From: Eubacteriales bacterium
GTDB lineage: Bacteria; Bacillota; Clostridia; Oscillospirales; Butyricicoccaceae
Direction of reading: 5' to 3'
NCBI GenBank assembly: GCA_030540435.1
Contig: JAUNWG010000002.1
Coordinates: forward strand, 8,276 to 72,275
Length of the DNA stretch: 64,000 bases
Positions 28,150 through 36,864 of this stretch are shown here, piece after piece; position 1 is the first letter of the stretch; the number at the start of each line of letters is the position of its first letter. The translations under genes were made by a program, and so were the position numbers. The notes beneath the pieces are model-generated. The model searched no databases and was not told the DNA's origin. It saw nothing but the letters and a program-made list of their open reading frames with translations.

Positions 28150-30258
28150 TTACTCCACTCCTCTGCGGTATAAGCCCCGTGTTGCCGGCGCGCCGAAATC
28201 CGGCTGCCGTCCGTCCAGCACAGCCTGCGCAATGTGCAGCGCCGTGCGCGGGGTTTCATCGGTAAACAGCAGGCGCGCATAGGTGATGCCCGTCTGCTGA
28301 TATTCATTTCGTTCCAAATAAAGCGGCTGGGAATTGTACAGGCTGTTGCGGCAGTGCTCCTCGCGGAATACCGGGAACCGCGCGCCCCTGCGGTCGGTCA
28401 GGTAATACGCGCCCTTGGCGCAGACGCCCTTCCCGTCCCGTTTGCAGCCACCCTTGGCGCCTGCGATCATGCAGTTTTCGGTCAGCATGAGGGGCAGACG
28501 TCCACAAACAATCAGCTCTGTCTCCAGCGGCTTGCGCATATCGCGTATCTGCGGCAGGCGCAGCTCAAACGACAGCGTTTGCCGCTGCACGCCCATATCA
28601 TACAGCGCGTCAAGTGCGGCTGCATTGAACACATTCAGCCCGAAATCGCCGTATGCCGTCAAGCCCATGCGCTGTACCAGCGCGACCTGCGCGATATTGC
28701 CGCACAGCGCCGCCGTGCAGCCCAGCGTTTTGCACGCTTCCAGCTGCCGCAGGACCTCCGTCTGCTCCCTGTCCCACACAATGCGCGGCAGGACGGGTAC
28801 CAGCGTGCAGCCCAGGCTTGCCAGCTGTGCCGCGCGCACCGGATGTCCGGCAAGCTGTGCCGCCGGTACATAAAACGCCTGTATTGGAAGCGCCGCCATT
28901 TCATCTGTGATTTGCGCCAGCGTGCGCACCTGCACGGTATAACCGGAAAACGGCGTATGTTTCGCCAACATTTCCGCTGTCTGCGTATGTTCCCGCACCG
29001 GCGGTACCGTCGTCCGCGCCTGCGTGAGCGCGCCCAGCGTTTGGCGGCGCAGGTCATTGAGCTGCTTTGCCGCAATGCGCAGCCCGCTGTCCAGCTCGAC
29101 TGTCACACGCTCTGCGTTAAACACGGTGCCGCCCATCCGGCGCAGCGAGCCTTCCACATCCGCCGCCGTGGTTTCGCGTTTCTGTGCCCGCTCCGGCACC
29201 CCTGCGGTGATACAGACGGTATGTGTTCCATCGTCCGCCTGTAACTGCATCGGCGCACCGTCATGCGCGGTAAAGTGCAGCTGTACCGGTACGTGCCCGC
29301 ATTCCTGCCCTTCGGCAAACGAACGCGCCGCGACGTCATACAGCGGTTTCAGCCCGCTCTCCGGTGCGGCGGGACGTGTGCCAAACATCGACGGGCCTGG
29401 CTGATCGTCGAGATAGCCCTGCGTAAATCCGTCGCGCGAAAACACCTTCGCAAGCGTATCCATTTCCTCCTGCGTCGGCGCGCGACCTTCGCGCAGCACG
29501 GCTGCATAAATACGCGTGACGATGGCGACATATTCCGGGCGCTTCATGCGCCCTTCGATTTTGAGCGAGGACACGCCCGCCTCGCACAGCGCACGCAGGC
29601 GCGGCAGCAGGCACAGGTCCTTCAAGCTCATTGGATAGTTATTTTTCCCGCCGTACGGCAGGCGGCACGGCTGTGCGCACAGGCCGCGGTTGCCGCTTCT
29701 GCGTCCAATGACGGCGGACAGCCCGCATTGACCCGAATAGCACATGCACAGCGCACCGTGGACAAAGACCTCCGTCTCCACACCGGCATGTTCCGTGATA
29801 TGCCGGATAGCGTCCAGCGGAAGCTCGCGCGCGAGCACCACGCGGGAAAAACCCAGTTCCTTCGCCGCCCGTGCGCCCTCCAGCGAATGAATGGTCATCT
29901 GCGTCGACGCGTGCAGCACAGCCTCCGGGAACGCCTGATGGATACGGCGCGCCGCGCCCAAGTCCTGTACGATAAGCGCATCCGCACCGGCTTCCAGCAG
30001 CAGGCGCACATCGTCCAGCAGCGCCGGAAGCTCGCGGTCGGATGCCAGCGTATTCACTGTCACATTGGTCTTCACGCCGCGCAAACGGCAATACAGCAGC
30101 GCCTCCCGCATTTCCTCTGCGGAGAAATTTTTCGCGCCGCGCCGCGCGTTAAACGTGCCAAAGCCCAGATAGACCGCATCCGCGCCGTTTTGCACCGCCG
30201 CGCGCACCGCCTCCATCGAGCCGGCAGGCGCCAGCAGCTCCGGCAGGGAAGCCCGCAT
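28150..30258 (-). CDS. U32-family peptidase-like protein (long form)
   Basis: About 700 aa. MRASLPELLAPAGSMEAVRAAVQNGADAVYLG is the U32 N-terminus. ATG 30258 overlaps the zapA-like stop (TGATG). Confidence 0.88.
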   Translation of the reverse strand: MRASLPELLAPAGSMEAVRAAVQNGADAVYLGFGTFNARRGAKNFSAEEMREALLYCRLRGVKTNVTVNTLASDRELPALLDDVRLLLEAGADALIVQDLGAARRIHQAFPEAVLHASTQMTIHSLEGARAAKELGFSRVVLARELPLDAIRHITEHAGVETEVFVHGALCMCYSGQCGLSAVIGRRSGNRGLCAQPCRLPYGGKNNYPMSLKDLCLLPRLRALCEAGVSSLKIEGRMKRPEYVAIVTRIYAAVLREGRAPTQEEMDTLAKVFSRDGFTQGYLDDQPGPSMFGTRPAAPESGLKPLYDVAARSFAEGQECGHVPVQLHFTAHDGAPMQLQADDGTHTVCITAGVPERAQKRETTAADVEGSLRRMGGTVFNAERVTVELDSGLRIAAKQLNDLRRQTLGALTQARTTVPPVREHTQTAEMLAKHTPFSGYTVQVRTLAQITDEMAALPIQAFYVPAAQLAGHPVRAAQLASLGCTLVPVLPRIVWDREQTEVLRQLEACKTLGCTAALCGNIAQVALVQRMGLTAYGDFGLNVFNAAALDALYDMGVQRQTLSFELRLPQIRDMRKPLETELIVCGRLPLMLTENCMIAGAKGGCKRDGKGVCAKGAYYLTDRRGARFPVFREEHCRNSLYNSQPLYLERNEYQQTGITYARLLFTDETPRTALHIAQAVLDGRQPDFGAPATRGLYRRGVE

Positions 30259-30968
30259 CACTTGAACAGGCGCGACAGGCGCGAACGCATCTCATTCAGC
30301 TGGCGCTCGGTGGAGGCCAGCTCCTTTTCCAGCTCGTCGATGCGGCGCTGCATTTTTTCACTGTCTACGACCTTCTCGCGTAGCTCACGCATTTCACGCT
30401 CCTTGCGCTCCGCCTGCTCCAAATCGTTGCGGTGGCGCGCATCTGCGTCTGTGACCTGCTGCTCCAGCTCGCTAACGCGGCGGGCACGCGCTTCCGCGTC
30501 CTTCTTCGCCAGCTGCATCCGCTTCTCGGTGTCGCTCAGCTTTTCCTCCAGCTCATTGATGCGCAGCTTGTCGCCCTCGTTGGCCTCTACCTGTGCCTCC
30601 AGCTCGGCAATGCGGTCCTTGAACTGGTTGACAGACGCCATTTCCTGCTCGCGGTCCGCCGCACTTTTTTCCATGCCGCTGATCTCCTCGCGGGCATCTG
30701 CAAGCTCCTGTGTCAGGCTCTTGTTTTCCGCCAGATAGCTGGAGATCTGCGTGCGCAGGTTTTCCGCGCCCTGCACGGCCTGCACATAGTTATCTGCCAT
30801 ATCACATGCCGCCAGCGTGACCGCCTGCAGCATGTTTACACCGTTTTCCCGAATCTTGCTGACGCGGCTGTCCACCAGCGCCGCGATTTTGGTCATATAT
30901 TCTTCATCCTGCTCGCCGGTCATGGTGAACCGGTTGCCGGCGATAACGACTTCGACTCTGTTTTTCAT
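30258..30968 (-). CDS. zapA: ZapA-domain cell-division protein with long C-terminal coiled coil
   Basis: MKNRVEVVIAGNRFTMTGEQDEEYMTKIAALVDSRV (ZapA fold) followed by about 150 aa of heptad-like E/K/L-rich sequence. ATG 30968 follows GGAGGCAGGG. Confidence 0.8.
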   Translation of the reverse strand: MKNRVEVVIAGNRFTMTGEQDEEYMTKIAALVDSRVSKIRENGVNMLQAVTLAACDMADNYVQAVQGAENLRTQISSYLAENKSLTQELADAREEISGMEKSAADREQEMASVNQFKDRIAELEAQVEANEGDKLRINELEEKLSDTEKRMQLAKKDAEARARRVSELEQQVTDADARHRNDLEQAERKEREMRELREKVVDSEKMQRRIDELEKELASTERQLNEMRSRLSRLFK

Positions 30969-31166
30969 GAATCCCTGCCTCCAGTTGTCCGCTCTCACGG
31001 GATATCGCGGGCGGATTTCTTCATACACGGATATTATAGCACAGCATTTGTATTTTTGTGAACAGTTTGTTCGCGGAATAGTGGTTTTTTTGCACGCAAT
31101 CTGCATCTATCCCGGAAAATTGCCGCTGTGTGTGCATCCTGCACAGAAAATCTGCCTAAATGGAAA

Positions 31167-31195
31167 TTGTATCCGGCGCTTTTTCGTGCTAAAAT
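31167..31195 (+). promoter_or_regulatory. putative promoter of proBA
   Basis: TTGTAT (31167-72), 17 nt, TAAAAT (31190-95), preceded by TGc (extended -10). Confidence 0.5.
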
Positions 31196-31232
31196 GAAAG
31201 CGTAAATACTGATTATAAGGAGAACCCCCATT

Positions 31233-32036
31233 ATGATGAATCTGAGTCAGGTGCGCCGTATCGTGGTCAAGGTGGGCACCTCGACCCTCACCTACCCGAC
31301 CGGCCGGCTGAATATCCGCGGCATCGAGCGCCTTGTCCGCTGCATTGCAGACCTGCACAACCGCGGCTGTGAAATGATCCTCGTGTCGTCCGGCGCGATT
31401 GGCGTCGGCGCCTCCAAGCTGCGGCTGACCGAGCGCCCTAAGACGCTGCGCATGAAGCAGGCGGCGGCAGCTGTCGGACAGTGTGAGCTGATGCATGTAT
31501 ATGATAAAATATTTGCGGAATACGGCATCCACACCGCGCAGATCCTGCTGACTACAGAGGACACCGAGCACGAGAATCGCCGCCGCAATGTGCACAATAC
31601 CTTTGACGCGCTGATGGAGACGCGCGCGCTGCCCATCGTCAATGAAAACGACACGGTCGCCGTCGAGGAGATCGAATTCGGTGACAACGACCAGCTGGCA
31701 GCTGTCGTCGCGCGCGTCGCACAGGCCGACCTGCTCATTATCTTTACCGATATGGACGGCCTGTATGACGACAACCCGCGCGAGAACCCGGAGGCGCGCC
31801 TGATCCCGGTGGTACATGAGATCACTGACGAACTGCGCGCCATTGCAGGCGGCGCAGGTACGGCAAACGGCACCGGCGGTATGGCGACCAAGCTGGGCGC
31901 CGCCGCGCTGTGCATGGATGCAAACATCCCGATGTTTGTCGTCAACGGCGCAAAACCGGAAATTTTATACGAGCTGACGGAGGGGCGCCTTGCCGGAACG
32001 CTGTTCCTTCCCCCGGAGGCCGCTGGAAACAAGTGA
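31233..32036 (+). CDS. proB: glutamate 5-kinase (short form, no PUA domain)
   Basis: 267 aa. RIVVKVGTSTLT and LVSSGAIGVG motifs. Confidence 0.94.
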   Translation: MMNLSQVRRIVVKVGTSTLTYPTGRLNIRGIERLVRCIADLHNRGCEMILVSSGAIGVGASKLRLTERPKTLRMKQAAAAVGQCELMHVYDKIFAEYGIHTAQILLTTEDTEHENRRRNVHNTFDALMETRALPIVNENDTVAVEEIEFGDNDQLAAVVARVAQADLLIIFTDMDGLYDDNPRENPEARLIPVVHEITDELRAIAGGAGTANGTGGMATKLGAAALCMDANIPMFVVNGAKPEILYELTEGRLAGTLFLPPEAAGNK

Positions 32037-32052
32037 AGCGAAAGGAGCTGCT

Positions 32053-33303
32053 ATGACGACTACTGTACTGGATACCTGCAAGCGCGCTGCCGCTGCAAAG
32101 CATGAAATCGGCACGCTGGGTACAAACGAGAAAAACCGCGTCCTGCTCGCCATTGCCGACGCGCTGCAGGCCCGCCGCGAGGAAATCAAGGCTGCCAATG
32201 CGCTGGACATCCAGGCCGGGCGTGAAAATGGCCTGAATGACGGCCTGATCGACCGTCTGACACTGGGCGACGACCGCATTGACGGCGTGGCGGAGGGCTG
32301 CCGCCAGGTCGCTGCCCTGCCCGATCCGGTGGGTGAGGTTACGGAAATGAAGGTCACCCCCGGCGGTCTGAAAATCGGCAAAAAGCGCGTCCCGATGGGC
32401 GTCATCGGCATTATCTATGAATCCCGCCCGAATGTCACCGTGGACGCCGCTGCCCTGTGCTTCAAGGCAGGCTCCGCCTGCGTGCTGCGCGGCGGCAAGG
32501 AGGCATTCCGCTCCAACCTGTGCCTGATGAATATTATGCGCGATGCCGTTGCTTCCTGCGGACTGTCGCCGGACATCCTCAACCTCGTCGAGGACACCAC
32601 CCATGAGGGCGCAAATGTTATGATGCAGGCAAACGGTCTGATCGATGTGCTCATCCCGCGCGGCAGTGGTCGTCTGATTCAGGCGGTCGTGCACAATGCG
32701 ACTGTACCGGTCATTGAGACCGGCGTGGGCAACTGCCACATCTATGTCGACGCTTCGGCAGACATCGACATGGCGCTGGATATTTTGGAAAACGCCAAGT
32801 GCCAGCGCGTCTCGGTATGCAACGCCGCGGAAAGCCTGCTGGTGCACCGCGATATCGCGCAGCAATTCCTGCCGCTGGCAAAGGAACGGCTGGACAGGCA
32901 CAATGTCAAGTGGCATGGCTGTGCGGATACCTGTGCCCTGCTGGGCGACGGCGTTATCCCGGCGACCGACGAGGATTACGGCACGGAATATCTGGATTAT
33001 GAGATCTCATGCAAAATCGTGGATTCTGCCGACGCTGCCATCGATCATATCAACCGGTACAACACCGGTCATTCCGAGTGCATCGTCACCCGCGACTATT
33101 TTAACGCACAGCGCTTCCTCGACCGTGTGGACGCTGCTGCTGTCTACGTCAATGCTTCCACCCGCTTCACCGACGGCGGTGAATTTGGCTTCGGCGCGGA
33201 GATCGGCATTTCTACCCAGAAGCTGCACGCACGCGGCCCGATGGGCCTGAAGGAGCTGACCTCCAACAAATATATCATTTACGGCGAAGGCCAGATTCGC
33301 TGA
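32053..33303 (+). CDS. proA: glutamate-5-semialdehyde dehydrogenase
   Basis: MTTTVLDTCKRAAAAKHEIG... with the CNAAESLLVH catalytic Cys region. ATG 32053 follows AAAGGAG. Confidence 0.95.
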   Translation: MTTTVLDTCKRAAAAKHEIGTLGTNEKNRVLLAIADALQARREEIKAANALDIQAGRENGLNDGLIDRLTLGDDRIDGVAEGCRQVAALPDPVGEVTEMKVTPGGLKIGKKRVPMGVIGIIYESRPNVTVDAAALCFKAGSACVLRGGKEAFRSNLCLMNIMRDAVASCGLSPDILNLVEDTTHEGANVMMQANGLIDVLIPRGSGRLIQAVVHNATVPVIETGVGNCHIYVDASADIDMALDILENAKCQRVSVCNAAESLLVHRDIAQQFLPLAKERLDRHNVKWHGCADTCALLGDGVIPATDEDYGTEYLDYEISCKIVDSADAAIDHINRYNTGHSECIVTRDYFNAQRFLDRVDAAAVYVNASTRFTDGGEFGFGAEIGISTQKLHARGPMGLKELTSNKYIIYGEGQIR

Positions 33304-33333
33304 CCCTTTGCGCTGACAGAAAGGAACGTTTGC

Positions 33334-33936
33334 ATGGAACGTGAATTTAAGTGGAATATCCCGACCCCTGCAGATTTCAGCCGCATCGCAGACAGTGCGC
33401 TCGTTGCCCCGCTGATGCAGTCCTCCGGCGATATTCAAATGCAGGCAGTGTATTTTGATACAGCGGACAAGCAGATCGCCCGGGTACGCGGCGGGCTGCG
33501 CCTGCGCCGCGAAAACAGCGAGAGTATCGTCTGCCTCAAGCTGTCTGCGCAGGAGAGCTTTGACGGTGCGTGCAAGGCGCGGGAGGAATACGAATGCGCC
33601 GCGCCGGATATCCGCACCGGTATCCGCAATCTGCCATCCGTCGGTGCACCGCAGGCGTTCTGTGACACCCTTTTCAAATCCAACCTGCTGGAGATCGGCC
33701 GCATGGAGTTCACCCGCCACGCCTACCAGCTGGCATACCGCAGCTGCACGTGTGAACTGGCGCTGGATTCCGGCAAGATGCTCCGGTGCGGACGCGCCGC
33801 CCCCATCTGCGAGATGGAGCTGGAGCTGAAAAGCGGCAGCGAAGCGGACTTTGACGCCCTGGCGCTGGAGCTGCAAAATACCTTTTCCCTCCAGCCGCAG
33901 CCGCTGTCCAAGCTGGCGCGGATGATGCAGCTGTAA
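33334..33936 (+). CDS. CYTH-domain (triphosphate tunnel metalloenzyme) protein
   Basis: 200 aa. Starts MEREFKW (ExExK signature) and has EMELELK near the C-terminus. Confidence 0.8.
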   Translation: MEREFKWNIPTPADFSRIADSALVAPLMQSSGDIQMQAVYFDTADKQIARVRGGLRLRRENSESIVCLKLSAQESFDGACKAREEYECAAPDIRTGIRNLPSVGAPQAFCDTLFKSNLLEIGRMEFTRHAYQLAYRSCTCELALDSGKMLRCGRAAPICEMELELKSGSEADFDALALELQNTFSLQPQPLSKLARMMQL

Positions 33937-33947
33937 AACAAAAAGCA

Positions 33948-33984
33948 ACTCCCGCAGAAGCGTAGACCTCTGCGGGAGTTTTTG
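33948..33984. terminator. terminator shared by the CYTH gene (+) and rubrerythrin gene (-)
   Basis: ACTCCCGCAGA / TCTGCGGGAGT stem then TTTTT, with an A-run on the other side. Confidence 0.7.
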
Positions 33985-34041
33985 CGTTCTGTTTTATTGT
34001 TTTGCGTCACATGTCGCACTGTCCATGCGCAGTCCGCGCGA

Positions 34042-34578
34042 TCAATAATTCTCTGCGCGTACCTCGAAATAGCTCTTCGGATGTGCGCAGGTCGGGCAGA
34101 TCTCCGGTGCTGCGGTGCCAACGATGATATGTCCGCAGTTACGGCACTCCCAAACCTTTACTTCGCTCTTTGCGAATACCTCTGCCATCTCGACATTCTT
34201 GAGCAGTGCACGGTAGCGCTCTTCATGATGCTTCTCGATGGCAGCTACCAGACGGAATTTTGCAGCCAGCTCCGGGAATCCTTCTTCCTCCGCTGTCTTG
34301 GCAAAGCCAGCATACATGTCTGTCCATTCGTAGTTCTCGCCTTCGGCAGCAGCTTCGAGGTTTGCAGCCGTATCGCCGATACCGTTCAATTCCTTGAACC
34401 ACATCTTTGCGTGCTCTTTCTCATTTTCAGCAGTCTTTAAAAACAGTGCAGCAATCTGCTCATAGCCTTCCTTCTTGGCTGTGGAAGCAAAAAAGGTATA
34501 TTTGTTGCGTGCCTCAGATTCTCCCGCAAAAGCAGTTTGCAGGTTCTTTTCGGTCTGTGTTCCAGCGTACTTAGACAT
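34042..34578 (-). CDS. rbr: rubrerythrin
   Basis: 178 aa. Ferritin-like ExxH motifs plus C-terminal rubredoxin CRNCG...CPTC. Confidence 0.95.
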   Translation of the reverse strand: MSKYAGTQTEKNLQTAFAGESEARNKYTFFASTAKKEGYEQIAALFLKTAENEKEHAKMWFKELNGIGDTAANLEAAAEGENYEWTDMYAGFAKTAEEEGFPELAAKFRLVAAIEKHHEERYRALLKNVEMAEVFAKSEVKVWECRNCGHIIVGTAAPEICPTCAHPKSYFEVRAENY

Positions 34579-34591
34579 AATGGTATCCTCC

Positions 34592-34999
34592 TCATTTTGT
34601 CAATTTTGAATGGTTTTCCTTGCAGTCAGGGCAGTGCCCTTCAAACAGTATCTTACAGGTAAAAAGTTCAAAGTCTTTATCCGCAGCCTGCTCCATCTCC
34701 AAGAGCCGGGGCATATAGGGCAGCGAAGCATCAAAAATCCTGCCGCAGCAGTTACACTTGATGTGGTAATGGTCCTGCTTTTTGGCTTCAAAATAATCGG
34801 CGCCGTCCGGGACATTGATCCGTATGACTTTCCCCTGTCCTACCAGTATCTTGAGATTTCTGTAAACAGTAGCCCGTGAAATCGACGGGTAAGACGCATG
34901 GATCCTGTCATAGATCATATCCGCTGTGGCATGCCCCTGTATCCGAAAAATCTCCTGAAGAACGACTTCCCGCTGCAGTGTGTGTCTGGGACTGTTCAT
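34592..34999 (-). CDS. Fur-family transcriptional repressor (PerR-like by context)
   Basis: 135 aa. Winged-helix SRATVYRNL. CxxC pairs (CNCCG and CPDC). Upstream of rbr in the same operon. Confidence 0.88.
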   Translation of the reverse strand: MNSPRHTLQREVVLQEIFRIQGHATADMIYDRIHASYPSISRATVYRNLKILVGQGKVIRINVPDGADYFEAKKQDHYHIKCNCCGRIFDASLPYMPRLLEMEQAADKDFELFTCKILFEGHCPDCKENHSKLTK

Positions 35000-35019
35000 A
35001 TCTCACCTCTTTATCGATA

Positions 35020-35048
35020 TTATATACTAATTAGTACAAAATATCAAT
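35020..35048 (-). promoter_or_regulatory. promoter of the Fur/PerR-rbr operon with embedded palindromic operator
   Basis: On the minus strand, TTGATA (35048-43), 17 nt, TATAAT (35025-20). The 16-bp palindrome TATACTAATTAGTACA (35024-35039, one mismatch) overlaps the -10 and the spacer. Confidence 0.6.
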
Positions 35049-35118
35049 AGTTTTTTGAAAAAGCGGAAATCATTTCATAAGCACCTGCCATTCGGTGCAT
35101 ACCGCTATGATACAAAAG

Positions 35119-35156
35119 TAAATCCCGCAGAAGTACAAACCTCTGCGGGATTTTTC
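35119..35156 (-). terminator. terminator of carD
   Basis: ATCCCGCAGA / TCTGCGGGAT stem flanked by an A-run and a T-run. The stem is nearly identical to the hairpin at 33948-33984. Confidence 0.7.
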
Positions 35157-35158
35157 TG

Positions 35159-35674
35159 TTATGCCTGTTTCTTTTCCAGTTCCGCGACACGGCGCTTGAT
35201 ATATGGCTGGATCTGGTTGAATTCCATGCCCAGCGCAACTGCCAGCTCGCCATACAGCATTTTCTCTGCGCGTTTCATATACTGCTGGTCGGTCTGCCCC
35301 ATATGGCGACCCGCCTTGATGGAGCGCTTATTTTTCATATATACGCTTTTAATGAGCCGTACCAGATCATCATTTTCGTGGGTATTCAGGCAGGCGCGGT
35401 AACGTTCATTGAGCATTTTCATATCGCGGTTATCGCAAATCGTTTCCGGTATCTCCGGGATACGGTCGATCAGCTTTTCCGCCTGCTCCTTCGACATAAC
35501 CGGGCGCATGAATGCCTTGGTATCCACAGGCGTATAGATCACTTCGGTATCATAGACCGGCGACAGCTTATAGTACAGCGTATCGCTGTCCGAAATATAT
35601 TCCGGTTTGCCAATCTCCTCGACACGGCACACACCGGTATTACCATACATAATAAAATCTCCTGCTTGATACAT
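35159..35674 (-). CDS. carD: CarD-family transcriptional regulator
   Basis: 171 aa. MYQAGDFIMYGNTGVCRVEEIG is the CarD_CdnL_TRCF N-terminal domain. Confidence 0.9.
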   Translation of the reverse strand: MYQAGDFIMYGNTGVCRVEEIGKPEYISDSDTLYYKLSPVYDTEVIYTPVDTKAFMRPVMSKEQAEKLIDRIPEIPETICDNRDMKMLNERYRACLNTHENDDLVRLIKSVYMKNKRSIKAGRHMGQTDQQYMKRAEKMLYGELAVALGMEFNQIQPYIKRRVAELEKKQA

Positions 35675-35863
35675 ATCAGCATTCCTCCCTTATCAGAGCA
35701 TGAAAAAATGCGTATTCCGCCACATTTTACATCATTTGTCCTACTATTATTATACCACCTTTCCATTGTCCCGCGTAAGTACATTTTTTCGCCAATCGGA
35801 CCAAAAACTGTAAAAATTTCGGCAGTTTCATGCGCTTTTCGCCCGAAAGCAGTGCATTTGCGT

Positions 35864-35893
35864 AAAAAAACACCTGCGGCGCTCCTGCCGCAG
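35864..35893 (-). terminator. terminator of the barnase-barstar operon
   Basis: On the minus strand, CTGCGGC-AGGAGC-GCCGCAG hairpin followed by GTGTTTTTTTA. Confidence 0.6.
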
Positions 35894-35904
35894 ATGTCTG
35901 CATT

Positions 35905-36156
35905 TTATTTGATGATGTGTACTGTGAGCGCTGTATTCTCCCGCTCCGCCGCGCGGAATACCCGCTGCACACGCCGGAAATAGTCATCCGCCTGCGCCGC
36001 ATGCTCGATCACAACCACAGTCTCCGGCAGATCGGTCAGGCAGTCATACAGCGCATCCAGATTGTTCCCGTACCATGCCGGCAGGGACAGCTTTTCCTTT
36101 ACATACGCATGTACCTCATCGCGTCCCATCCGGCGCGCATCCAGTTGTATCGGCAT
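35905..36156 (-). CDS. barstar-family ribonuclease inhibitor
   Basis: 83 aa. LPAWYGNNLDALYDCLTD matches the barstar core (YGENLDALWDCLTG in B. amyloliquefaciens, from memory). The RBS lies inside the end of the barnase gene. Confidence 0.88.
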   Translation of the reverse strand: MPIQLDARRMGRDEVHAYVKEKLSLPAWYGNNLDALYDCLTDLPETVVVIEHAAQADDYFRRVQRVFRAAERENTALTVHIIK

Positions 36157-36158
36157 CG

Positions 36159-36683
36159 CTATTCCTCCCCGTACAGCAGGTCAAACGTTTCATAATGGTC
36201 TTCAGTATAATAGATCAAGCCGTCATTGGAAAAGACGATGCGCTTTGCGCCGCGATAGCCGCCGGTGCTGTCGATGTCACATTCGTGGTATTCCCGCCCG
36301 GTTTTCTCCGGCAGGAGTCCCTCATAATTGCCAAAGTAATCACCGCCAATGCTCTTGCCTGGTGCGACCTCGCCCAGATTGCCCTTTGCGCTGTCCCAGC
36401 CAAGCGCTTTTGCTTCCTTCTTGGTGATAAAGTTGTCCGGCAGATGTTCGTAGGTCCACAGATAGGCCGCAACCTCGTCCTTTGCGGTATACGTCCCGTC
36501 CTCGTCGATATCCACCGCCTGCGACGTATCCGCCGCGTTTGCGCTGCCCGTATCCCTGATGTCCGCCGTTTGCACCGCATCCGCGCTGCCGTAGTCCTCC
36601 AATGCAACTTCTACACTGCACCCTGTCAGCAGCAGCGCCGCCATCAGCAGCAGGGCGAGTATCTTCTTCCATGCCTGTTTCAT
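36159..36683 (-). CDS. barnase-like guanyl-specific ribonuclease with lipoprotein signal peptide
   Basis: MKQAWKKILALLLMAALLLTGCS lipobox. The C-terminal domain VAAYLWTYEHLPDNFITKKEAKALGWDSAKGNLGEVAPGKSIGGDYFGNYEGLLP...ECDI...YTEDHYETF aligns with barnase. Confidence 0.9.
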   Translation of the reverse strand: MKQAWKKILALLLMAALLLTGCSVEVALEDYGSADAVQTADIRDTGSANAADTSQAVDIDEDGTYTAKDEVAAYLWTYEHLPDNFITKKEAKALGWDSAKGNLGEVAPGKSIGGDYFGNYEGLLPEKTGREYHECDIDSTGGYRGAKRIVFSNDGLIYYTEDHYETFDLLYGEE

Positions 36684-36864
36684 AATGCGTTACCTCCATC
36701 GCTCTACTGTAGCATAAATGCGGATGGGATGCAATGTTTCAAAAATCGGAAAAGCCAGCTGTCCTGAACCAGCCGGCTTTTCCTTTGGAGTTGTTGTGGG
36801 AGAGAGTAGTACAAAAAGGCGTTGTGTCGCTTTTTTGTCTCTATGTAAAAGGTGGTAAGCGATT

